Assembly (NCBI GenBank): GCA_004431415.1
Contig: QPMI01000396.1
Coordinates: 49,105-113,104, forward strand
DNA length: 64,000 nucleotides
Source of the DNA: Cyanophora paradoxa CCMP329
Lineage: Eukaryota > Plantae > Glaucophyta
Reading direction: 5' to 3'
Shown: one piece after another, positions 21,971 through 30,859 of the stretch
Numbering within the stretch: position 1 is the first letter of the stretch
How the letters are laid out: each line of letters starts with the position of its first letter
Program-made: the position numbers and the translations under genes
Notes under the pieces: model-generated
Told to the model about the DNA's origin: nothing
Databases searched by the model: none
The model's input: the letters and a program-made list of their open reading frames with translations, nothing else

Positions 21971-22609
21971 ATGGGTCGCGGCATTCCAAAGAAGGGATAT
22001 CGTGAACGACGCAAGGTTAATATATCTGAGCCCAATGCTCCACTGATTGAAAGTGGGTCAACTGAAGGCGCAGCTGTTGCTGATCCTAGCGGGGAGCTTG
22101 CAAGCAACCCCAAACTAAACGCACCCGTAGCGAAAACAATTGCGTCGGCAGCAGCTAACGCAAGTGCGATTGACGATCGACAAAGCCAGGCTAAAACTGT
22201 TACTGAAATGCAGTCCGATATTGATGATGATGCTGCTAGAATTATCCAAGCAATGGCATCTGAACCACGTTATTCAGGGCCAAAAATCAAGACAGCAACA
22301 GTATCAAAGAGTCAGATCGAGGAACTAACAGCTAAATTGCGAGATCTTGAGGCTCGATCAGCTAATATCGAATCGTATGTAAAAGACAAGCAAGAAAGAG
22401 CTAAGATCCGTGAGATGCTCCGTAGCGAGATGTTTAAACATAGACCCATGGATGTACCAGATTTACGCTTTCTGAAAAACGAAAAAGAGAAGGCTTCACA
22501 AGCTCTTGATGATGCAGCTGTAAAGCCAGCTACACCCAATGTTTCTGAAGCCAATTCAACGAGCTCACAGATTAAGGGAGCGATGGGTGGGAGAAGGATT
22601 CGTCTGTGA
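21971..22609 (+). CDS. PLV hypothetical protein (212 aa), basic N-terminus and coiled coil
   Basis: ATG ORF 9 bp after the ATPase stop; MGRGIPKKGYRERRK; heptad-like segment. Confidence 0.7.
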   Translation: MGRGIPKKGYRERRKVNISEPNAPLIESGSTEGAAVADPSGELASNPKLNAPVAKTIASAAANASAIDDRQSQAKTVTEMQSDIDDDAARIIQAMASEPRYSGPKIKTATVSKSQIEELTAKLRDLEARSANIESYVKDKQERAKIREMLRSEMFKHRPMDVPDLRFLKNEKEKASQALDDAAVKPATPNVSEANSTSSQIKGAMGGRRIRL

Positions 22610-23183
22610 CACATCGATCAACAGTATTTGCATCCACACACTTGGAACATCCACATTTGTGTTTCATTTCATCCATTTTCGCTAATACCCAGACATGCCT
22701 TCCATTTTTCATGATTTTCTTTAGATTTGGCACCCAATACCACACGATAAATCTGAACTTCAGCCACGGCGTAGATGGATTGCACTGGTTACAGTTCCAA
22801 ACTACTTTTTCACTGTATTGCATCAGCTCTTGCTGAGGTATCCAACTCGTAAATTCATTGCACTTCGCACACTTCAAACGTGCTTCTCGGACAATTGAAA
22901 TCTTATCAAAGCATCCGTATTCCTGCTTCTCTCTCGTTTCCCCTGCATATGAGGTTATAATCTTGTCAAACTGCTTTTCAAAACATTCGTGACACTTGTT
23001 GTTATTTCGATTCCACATTGCTTCATTTTCACAGACATCATTGCAATCTCTGCAAAGAATAGAGCGAACACGTCTGCGCACCTCACAAACTTCCTCATCA
23101 CTAGACTCTGTGGCCTCCCTATAATCTGAAGTGCTAAAGAGACCTCTTGGAGCAAGTGTGCCGAAATAGTTGTGTCCTCCCAT
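22572..23183 (-). CDS. PLV Cys-rich hypothetical protein (putative Zn-binding)
   Basis: Five CxxC pairs (CRDC, CHEC, CAKC, CNQC, CSKC) in 203 aa. Confidence 0.65.
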   Translation of the reverse strand: MGGHNYFGTLAPRGLFSTSDYREATESSDEEVCEVRRRVRSILCRDCNDVCENEAMWNRNNNKCHECFEKQFDKIITSYAGETREKQEYGCFDKISIVREARLKCAKCNEFTSWIPQQELMQYSEKVVWNCNQCNPSTPWLKFRFIVWYWVPNLKKIMKNGRHVWVLAKMDEMKHKCGCSKCVDANTVDRCVTDESFSHPSLP

Positions 23184-23242
23184 TGTCTTTCACTTTTTAC
23201 AATATCGGATTGATATTTCTTTAAGACTTGCAAACGCATTGC

Positions 23243-23521
23243 CTAATCGAAATCAGGCAAATCTGTTAGATCCTCCACAGTAGGTCTTCTTTGCTGTTTT
23301 GCTCGATCAATCCTTTCCTGAACTACCGCTGGTTCTTCTAATTGACATATCTCAAAAGCGCGCTGCAATTCACGTTTGTCATACTCTCGCAGATGCGGCA
23401 AAGACAATAACCATTCAGCATATTTTGGGTCGCTAAAAACTACTTTAAGATGAGTTTCACCTTTATATTTTCCAAATCGAATTGTTCCTGCGGCGCAGCG
23501 ACGCTGCTTGTCTGCGGGCAT
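23243..23521 (-). CDS. Small protein with FGKYKG...Y-x-x-WL domain (DUF3820/ExoX C-terminal-like)
   Basis: IRFGKYKGETHLKVVFSDPKYAEWLL; start uncertain, ATG 23521 chosen. Confidence 0.7.
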   Translation of the reverse strand: MPADKQRRCAAGTIRFGKYKGETHLKVVFSDPKYAEWLLSLPHLREYDKRELQRAFEICQLEEPAVVQERIDRAKQQRRPTVEDLTDLPDFD

Positions 23522-23630
23522 TATTTGAATCATATCTCGGATTTTATGTTCGGAATTTAACGCAACACAAACCTGCGATTTATGCCATAAAAAGATTTCG
23601 TACCTTGTTTGTGACGAGAAAACCAAAGAA

Positions 23631-23906
23631 ATGGATGTTGAATCATCAACTAAACAGCGTGGTCGCAAACCAATTGTTGTTACCCCTGAAATTGCTGCTG
23701 CACGAAAGGCAAAGCGTGCAGAGAGCCATCGCCGTCGTTACAATGAAGATCCGGAATTTCGCCGACGACACATAGAAACCAGCTCAAGATACCAGCAGAA
23801 CAACAGCGAGAATCATTTAGAGGCCAATCGCCGCTATCGCAATCGAATCTACGAAAAGTTAGCACTGCTAGAGTCCCTCCAACAATGTGTTGTTATAGCT
23901 CTTTGA
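23631..23906 (+). CDS. Small basic helical protein, putative DNA-binding
   Basis: KQRGRKP followed by an Arg-rich helix (RRRYNEDPEFRRRH). Confidence 0.65.
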   Translation: MDVESSTKQRGRKPIVVTPEIAAARKAKRAESHRRRYNEDPEFRRRHIETSSRYQQNNSENHLEANRRYRNRIYEKLALLESLQQCVVIAL

Positions 23907-25028
23907 CTAGCCTTCTGGTCTTTGTTCTCTCTAATATTCCACCAGGGTTTAACTTGACAGTTCCAGCTGTCGCAAGTTGCTTTTGAAGGCGAAGCAGCTT
24001 CTTATTTTTTTCTATGTCCACTCGATCTAAATTCTCTCGCATCAGATTTAGCTCCTTCTTTCTGCGCTGCTGTGACCGCTGTGCTGCATTTCCCGCACGA
24101 CGTTCCTCTGAATCTACTGGGACCTTTAAAAGTTGCTGGTAGGTCACTGGTGTATCCGATCCAGCGAGTTTAAATCTTAGAAGGGGTCCAAAACCCCAAT
24201 CGACTCAATTCGAAATACTTCTTTCGAGAAGGTTGGCTTTGTCGATTTATCGAAGGTTCTCCTGGTTAGCTTAACTCGAACTAGGTCTCCTACTTTAAAT
24301 TCGACCTCCTTCAGGTAGTGTTGCTGCTCGTAGATCTCTCGCTGATAATCGTTGCGCGCGATTGTCTCCTTCGGATTCTCTGCTGCAGCGTTTGGCGATG
24401 TACCAATCGACCTATGCTCTGACGAATTATAATTGCGCAAGAAAGCGGGCAGCTTGTCGATGTACCTATCCGTGTCATATGCCTCCATATACCGTGCAAT
24501 AACTCGCTTCAAAGTTCCATTAAATCTTTCTATTTTGCCGTTTGCTTGTGGTCGATGCGCTTCCACAGCATTGTGCTTAATTCCCTCAGCTTCTAACAAA
24601 CTACCAGCTGAAGCTTTAAACTCCTGATCTGTCTGAATAATATCCGGCTTGGCTGGAAAACTATCTATGAGTTTCCGTAGTGTTGAAAGGAGTGTACTTT
24701 CGCTCTTGTTCTTCATTGGAATGCTGTAGGCTTTCCGAGTCACTACGTCCACTGCGTTCATTATAAAGTGAATACCGCGGTTTGTTCTAGCGTACGGAGT
24801 CACGTCGATTAGGTCCACCTCGTAGTATTTCTCTGCTTTGTCGTATGTTATACTTGTGAATGGTTTCTCTTTTTGCGGCCTCGCAAATCTTTGCGCTGTC
24901 GATAATTTCTCCAGCACTTCTCTAACCCTGGAAACTGGTATTTTCAACTTCTTGGCAATACGTGTGGCAGACTGAAGCCCTATTTCTGGATCATAGTATG
25001 CCTCCTGAATTTTGGCTGATGTACTCAT
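23893..25028 (-). CDS. Retroviral-type (rve, DDE) integrase, one apparent frameshift at ~24195
   Basis: YYDP, VDLID, QTDQEF, GKIERFNGTLK, YNSSEHRSIGTSP, FKVGDLVRV; C-terminus continues RFKL...YQQLLKV after adding one G. Confidence 0.93.
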
Positions 25029-28000
25029 GAGGAACTGTGCTGTAATAGTCATCCGAAATTATCTTTCGCTTTGTGTATTCCGTCTTATTTAATACTCTGC
25101 TGAATGGAATCTGAATGATTGAACTAAAACCTATCCCCTCCTCGCGTTGCTTTCCATTCGGTTTGAAGACACGAGATAGTTTAGACTCTATTTTGCACTC
25201 CGGCTGATACCGGCTCTCAAGCATCTGCTTGAACGCTTCCAAAGCAACCCGAGAATGGAGGTGCCCCTTCCTCATCTCCGGATCATTCGAAAGCCAGTTC
25301 TCTTCGATCCAGCTTTTTGGTATTCCTTTGGCACGCACATGCACGTCCGATTCACCGTTCGCTTTCACGTACCGACAACAGTACACCTTGGGCCCAACGA
25401 AATACGCCTCCACAATGTGTCCCTGGATATCGTAATCTAGTTTTCCAAGTTCGCTCTCGCAGATCACCCTGTTCGCCTCCTCTTCGCCCATTCCTCCACA
25501 GAGTAGGGCCGCTTCATGCAATCAGTCACCAGCTCTGCAAATTTCCTGTGCACAACAAGAGAGTCCGTGTCCGTGTAAAACGGCATGGCTTCGATGTCTT
25601 TATAAGAGTTCATCTTTACTAGGAACCTGTCCATTATCTCGCGACTGTAGGACAGAATAAATGCTCCAATAAAACAGGGCTTCGACACACAAGCATCACG
25701 TTTGCTCTCAGGTACTTCATATGTCACATACATCCGTGTTTCACTCTCAATTTCGATGTCTGTAATCGTAGACGTCCGCTGTAGCTCCTTAAATCGGCGG
25801 TAATTAGAAACTAGCTCTGTTGTTTCGATCACAGGCCTCTGGGCAAATTTTCCGTAAAGACCATTTAATTGAATCTTTGCTGTTGCGTACTGAGCTGTGC
25901 CCTTCCTTGAACGAGCTTTCATACAGTATAACTTCTCGATGTAATCTTTAAACATTCTCTCCTTGCCTTCAAATAAATACACCTCGTGAACTTCTGTTAT
26001 TTCCACCCAAGCGCTATCGCCCTGTAGATATCAACCGATGTATACATCTCGCGCTCGATCGGTTTCAGGTTCGACCAGCCCAAATTCGACTCGTGACGAG
26101 GTAGCGGAGAAAGCACAAGGTCCTGAGGAATTTTCGCACTGATGCTCGCAATGAACAGTTGCTCCATTTTTCGACTTAACATGAACTTTCTAAAACGTTC
26201 TAATGCCTCCGGTTCATTGATTAGCTTAAATTTACCTGTAGGAAACTGGTTAAAGTACATAGCGGTTGGATATAGAGAGACCACATCCAGATCTACCAAG
26301 TAATCATCTGGACCCTTCGAGACAAACTTGCGTTTGAATGGTAAACAGCGACCTCCGTAAATCGCCCTGCGAAACACCTGATCTTCACTATACTTCGGAA
26401 GTTGCAGCTCTGTCTTCAACAGCTGCCGGTAAATCTGAAAAGCCATTGATGAAGCTGTAAGTGTTTGTTTGGAATTCACATTTATTCCAAATAGATCAAA
26501 GCTCGTACTCGAATATTTCATGTATAGCTCCGTCATCGATCGCACGTCGGCTCTAAGATATTCTCCCCATTCCTCCTTGTGTGTCTCAACGTCTGCCCAC
26601 GTCTTGATCTTGCGATGGTCAAAGTCTCCTTTGATTGTCGTGCAGCCGTAGTCCTTTCCAGCCTGTTTTAGTGAACCTTGAATATGTAGGCACGGGTCAA
26701 AACTCGTCAACTCTCCTCCTGCTGACGTCTTCCATTTCATACTCTTAATCTTGCCCGAGGAGCGCATGACGTTCACCTGGCTTTCTGGCCGATTCTCAAT
26801 CAGCCATCGGTATATGAATATCAGATCAAAACCAGCACCGTTGTAAAATACTACTGTGGTCTTCTCTGCCCAAGCATCCAGCCATTGCATGAATTGATTT
26901 AATGTTTCAGGACCGTAAAACATCTTGGTTCCTACAATTTCGCCCTTGCATATTATGTCTGTGTCAACAGCATAAGGAACGTGGGTCTTGCCATCACAAG
27001 GAAATGTTTCAAAGTCAGCCCCTATCACGCTATCCATCGCTGTAAATTCACTCTCCTTTTCGCAAGGAGTAATCTTTCTTCCAATAACACCTTTGTTTCT
27101 GATGGCGGCAACGCATTTGTTTGTGTGATCTTCAATTGGATTGTAGGCGCAACGACATCTAGCACAAAACTGACAGGTTAGCTTGTGTCTTTCCAGTTCG
27201 AACTGCATTTTCCCGCAGGCACTACACTTCTCCATCTCAGTCGTTCTTTTATCCTTAATCAGGTAGCAGTGCACATCGACTATACAAAGGTGAGCACGTT
27301 TTTCAAATCCTAGATCGGTCGCAAAAGCAGCTTAAACTTTCCTTGCGAAAACTCAAAAACGCTGGTGTCTATTCTGTAAAAAGCGCTCAGCTTATTAATC
27401 GTTGGCACATCAACTGATATCATTCCTCGCCGCAGTCCTAGCTGTGTTCTAATCCCTCCGTAGTCCAGTCTCTGAAGTTGCTTGTAAATTCGATCAAGGC
27501 TTATTCTTCCAGGGTTTAGCTTCACATATTCAAAACACTCAAGCACACAGTTGTCTTCTGGTGAAATCGGACAGTAGATCTTATTCATGGTCAGGGCTTT
27601 GCCATTGAATGGGAGTTTCGGTACGTTTCCAAGTGCGCCTGCAGCGTTCTCTGCAATGAGCACCTCTATTTTCACTACTGGCCAAAGGTCGTTGTCTTCA
27701 TATGGCTGCTGCGCTAGCATCCATTGTTCCATCTTTTCAGCCAGATTTGACAAGAGCGACTGCATTGTGCCCTCTTCGATTGTTGCTAGTTGAGTGCGAT
27801 ACATGCGAAAGTTATCGAAATGAAACCGAATTAGGACGCTTGATCCTATTTTCTCTGGAATTCGCAGCTCTCTCAGAAACTCAATCGTGATCTCTTTAAC
27901 CCGCTCAGGTATTGGAGTCGGATCAATATCCAAAATATCCTTGGTAAATAACAACCCGGATATGCATAGTGAGTATAATTTAACACGGTATCACCTCGAC

Positions 28001-28313
28001 CTGTCTCGCGAAATAAATTCGAGATCCCATACTCTACAATTTCATCAAACTCTCGCGTGGCTTCAATTCGAGCATTGCGTTCGTTCTCAAAATGACTTGT
28101 TATCCATGACTGGTACAAAGGGCGCTGCGGCCGGTTCGTCTGTCTAAGTCTAAGCAATGTTGAAAGATTAGCTCGAAGATTTTGTGTGTGGGTTCCCCTC
28201 TGTGGGTCTGCTAGTCGCATCAGTGTGTTCAAATATGTTCCGTTAATGTACCTAAGATTGTGTAGCTCCTGCGCTAGACTCCGAATTTCAGCTCTCAGAT
28301 TGTTCCTGTCCAT
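24991..28313 (-). CDS. polB: Protein-primed family B DNA polymerase with N-terminal terminal-protein/vOTU-like region; five ORFs separated by four apparent frameshifts
   Basis: ExoI ADFET, ExoII YNGAGFD, ExoIII YLRADV, YGGRC, motif A DVVSLYPTAM, motif B KIQLNGLYGKFAQ, motif C YTDTDS, PKVY, KGI. Confidence 0.94.
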
Positions 28314-28451
28314 TATGAATAGGTCTCTACAATATTGGATGGCCGAAAACTTTTTGGGATTTAATCGCAGACAATCTCTGATTGCTAGTATGTATGCGAG
28401 AAACCTTTAAGCCACATAACTGGCGTCCGCAAAGTCATCGACTCCTCTCCA

Positions 28452-29011
28452 GAGGCCGCACCAGAGCGCTCTTGGGACACGAAGTGCTTCAATGTACTCA
28501 TCATTATCGCCTAGATAGAGCTAAACGCTTTTCCTCTGGTTGCTTCAATGTTCTCATCATTTCGCCTAAAATTAACCTAAACGTGCTTCCTCTGTTAGCT
28601 TCATCGTACTCATCTATATCGCCTAAAATTAACCTAAACGTGCTTCCTCTGTTAGCTTCGATGTACACTTCATTATCGCCTAAAATTAACCTAAACGTGT
28701 TTCCTCTGATAGCTTCATTGTACACATTAATATCGTCTAGACTATTCTGCCACGTTGCTCTGCAGACCGCGCTCATGGGGGCAGCGCTCCTCTTCGCCTA
28801 TTCTTGTTGTCTCCTCTGCCTTGTATAGTCGTCAGATATTGCTAGGCTTCGACCTAGGGAATCGGATAGTAGACGTAGCTGGATCGGTGGGGTAGACGTA
28901 TATGGTGAAATAACTAATGAAACGCTGGAGGTATACACTTGAAACGCATGGAATCGGGGGCTATGGAGCGAAGCGGAATTGCCCGGGTGTGAGGTCCATG
29001 CGTATACAACA
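28452..29011 (-). repeat. Right terminal inverted repeat (560 bp)
   Basis: GAGGCCGCACC...CCATGCGTATACAACA; the same 90-aa ORF translation appears at 7751..8023(+) and 28504..28776(-). Confidence 0.96.
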
Positions 29012-29017
29012 GTCGCC
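29012..29017 (+). repeat. Target-site duplication GTCGCC, right copy
   Basis: Follows ...ACAACA immediately. Confidence 0.92.
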
Positions 29018-29406
29018 GGCTTGCCGTGCCTGCGTCTCCTTCTACTTCCCTCCGGCGGTTTGCCGGGCCGGACCCTCCGGCCTTTGTTCTTGATACCGGA
29101 CCGCCGCCTTTGCCTTCGTCTTCTGCTTCGCTGGTCGTATCCCGCCGGCGCCGGCGTACTTCGTCTTATAGTTTAGTTCGGTCTAGTTCGGATTCTGATC
29201 GTAGTGTTGATGCTAGAGTTAGTTTCAATACTAGCTATAGTCCTCGTGCTCGACCTGTTGTTCGCCGTCGTTTGCAGTTCGACTGCCCGCCTCGACCCCG
29301 GCCGGCTTTAGTGATTCCTTTGACTGTCCTTTTGCCTTCTCTTGATCCGCCTGCTCCGCCTCCTGTGTCCTCCTCGACCTCGTGCCGTAGCTCTGTCCTT
29401 TCGCGT

Positions 29407-29658
29407 CGTCCTGCTTCGCCTCCGCCTCCGCGTCGTCTTGTTGTTCCTCTTACTTGTCTGCTTCCTGTTATTTATCTTTCTCAAATTTGTCCTCCGCTTC
29501 TTAGTGATGTCATTCCTTCCGATATTGATGGTATCTCTAGCTCTGGCTCTTCTTCGTGTCAGTCATCCTCTGTCCCTAGATCTGCTCGATTTATCGTCTC
29601 TTCTCGATCTGTCTCGCGCTCCGTGTCTTTTCTTTTTTATTGTCGATTTTGGCTCTTT
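29407..29658 (+). repeat. Direct repeat copy 2
   Basis: Matches 6977-7240. Confidence 0.9.
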
Positions 29659-29664
29659 GTCTTA

Positions 29665-29890
29665 TCTTTCTTCGTGCTCTTGTCTTAGTTATTTTGCTTT
29701 TTTGTCTTTATGCCCCCTGGGCAGCCCCCGCAGTGCTGGTGTCTAGAGACTGTGGCCGGTAATTTACCAAAAAAATATCTTTCTTCGTGCTCTTTTCTTG
29801 GTTATTTTGGCTTTTTTGTCTTTATGCCCCCTGGGCAGCCCCCGCAGTGCTGGTGTCTAGAGACTGTGGCCGGTAATTCACCAAAAACAA
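29665..29890 (+). repeat. Two tandem copies of a ~113-bp unit
   Basis: TCTTTCTTCGTGCTCTT...ATGCCCCCTGGGCAGCCCCCGCAGTGCTGGTGTCTAGAGACTGTGGCCGGTAATT occurs twice. Confidence 0.88.
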
Positions 29891-30859
29891 TTACTGTACA
29901 TATATTACTAAGTTAATATTATTATTGGCCTTGTTGGCCCGCTCCGCTGTGCTGTGGCTGCCCAGCTATGCTCCCAGCCGCTGAGCCCGTGCGCTACACG
30001 CGAGATTGCCCCGAGGGGTGGTGGGGCTGTATTGGGAGCCGTGGTGCGGTCCCGGAGGGTACAGCGAACTACTGACTGGGGTACATGATACGAGTGGCTC
30101 GACGCAGTGGAAACCAGGCTGGCAACAATATCATAGTTTCCGGATCCTTAAAGGCTAGCATATGCATGCATTAATTCATGGCTTATTATCGTGCCGGCGC
30201 CGCAGACTGGCCCGCAGTGCCACGTGGCCCCAGGCCGGCGCCATTGATGCATACTCAAAGTATGCTCATCGCGATCGAACGTTCACGACTCGTTCGTTTA
30301 CTCATATGCATGAACATGACCGTGATCCGACCCCTCCCCCGCCCCCCTGCCGCCGCCGCACGCACGCGTGCGCTTCAAATTCTAGTTCGAGCTGCTTCAG
30401 CGACGCCGCTGGCAGCTGAATCAGGTTTCGGTTGACGTCCCTGGAAAGGGAGAGGGGCGGGCCAGGGCGCAGAGCCGGGGGGGGGGGGGGGGGGGGGGGG
30501 GAGCTCCCCTCGAGGTGCCACTCGGCGGCTCGCGGAGCGCCACGCCGGCGCCGAGAGGCCGCGAGCGCCTCTGCGGCCCCGGCCGGCCCTGCTGGCGGCG
30601 GGGGGCAGGGGGAGAGGAAGGGGCGAGGGGCGCCGAGGCGAGGGCCGGCCTGGCTGCTGGGCGAGGGGCCGGGGCGCGCGCTGGCGCGGAGGCAGGGCCC
30701 GCCGCTCGCATGCATCTATCTATCGGGGGCCACGGCGGGCTTCGTGTGGGGGAGGACCGGAGCGCCTCGGGGACTCAGCTGGCGAGCCGGCAGAGGGAGG
30801 CCGCGGGGTCGCCCCGGCGGCGCCCCCCTTGGTGGGCTCAGTGGGCGAGGGGCCGGAGG

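Larger units (their letters stand above)
7516..29011. mobile_element. Endogenous Polinton-like virus / Maverick-type integrated dsDNA virus, full length (21,496 bp)
   Basis: 560-bp TIRs (7516-8075, 28452-29011), 6-bp TSD GTCGCC (7510-7515, 29012-29017), abrupt drop in GC, densely packed intronless ORFs for pPolB, rve integrase, MCP, two mCPs, packaging ATPase, patatin and fibres. Confidence 0.96.

Noticed and set aside
24991-28313. pPolB as a pseudogene or as five separate genes
   Set aside because: Catalytic motifs are intact and in order; each break is a one-base homopolymer shortfall
7516-29011. Bona fide virophage (Lavidaviridae)
   Set aside because: No recognisable virophage maturation protease; MCP size and N-terminal pattern look PLV/Polinton-like, although phylogeny is needed
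6977-29658. One 22.7-kb LTR retrotransposon bounded by the 260-bp direct repeats
   Set aside because: No reverse transcriptase or gag; the integrase belongs to the TIR/TSD-defined inner element
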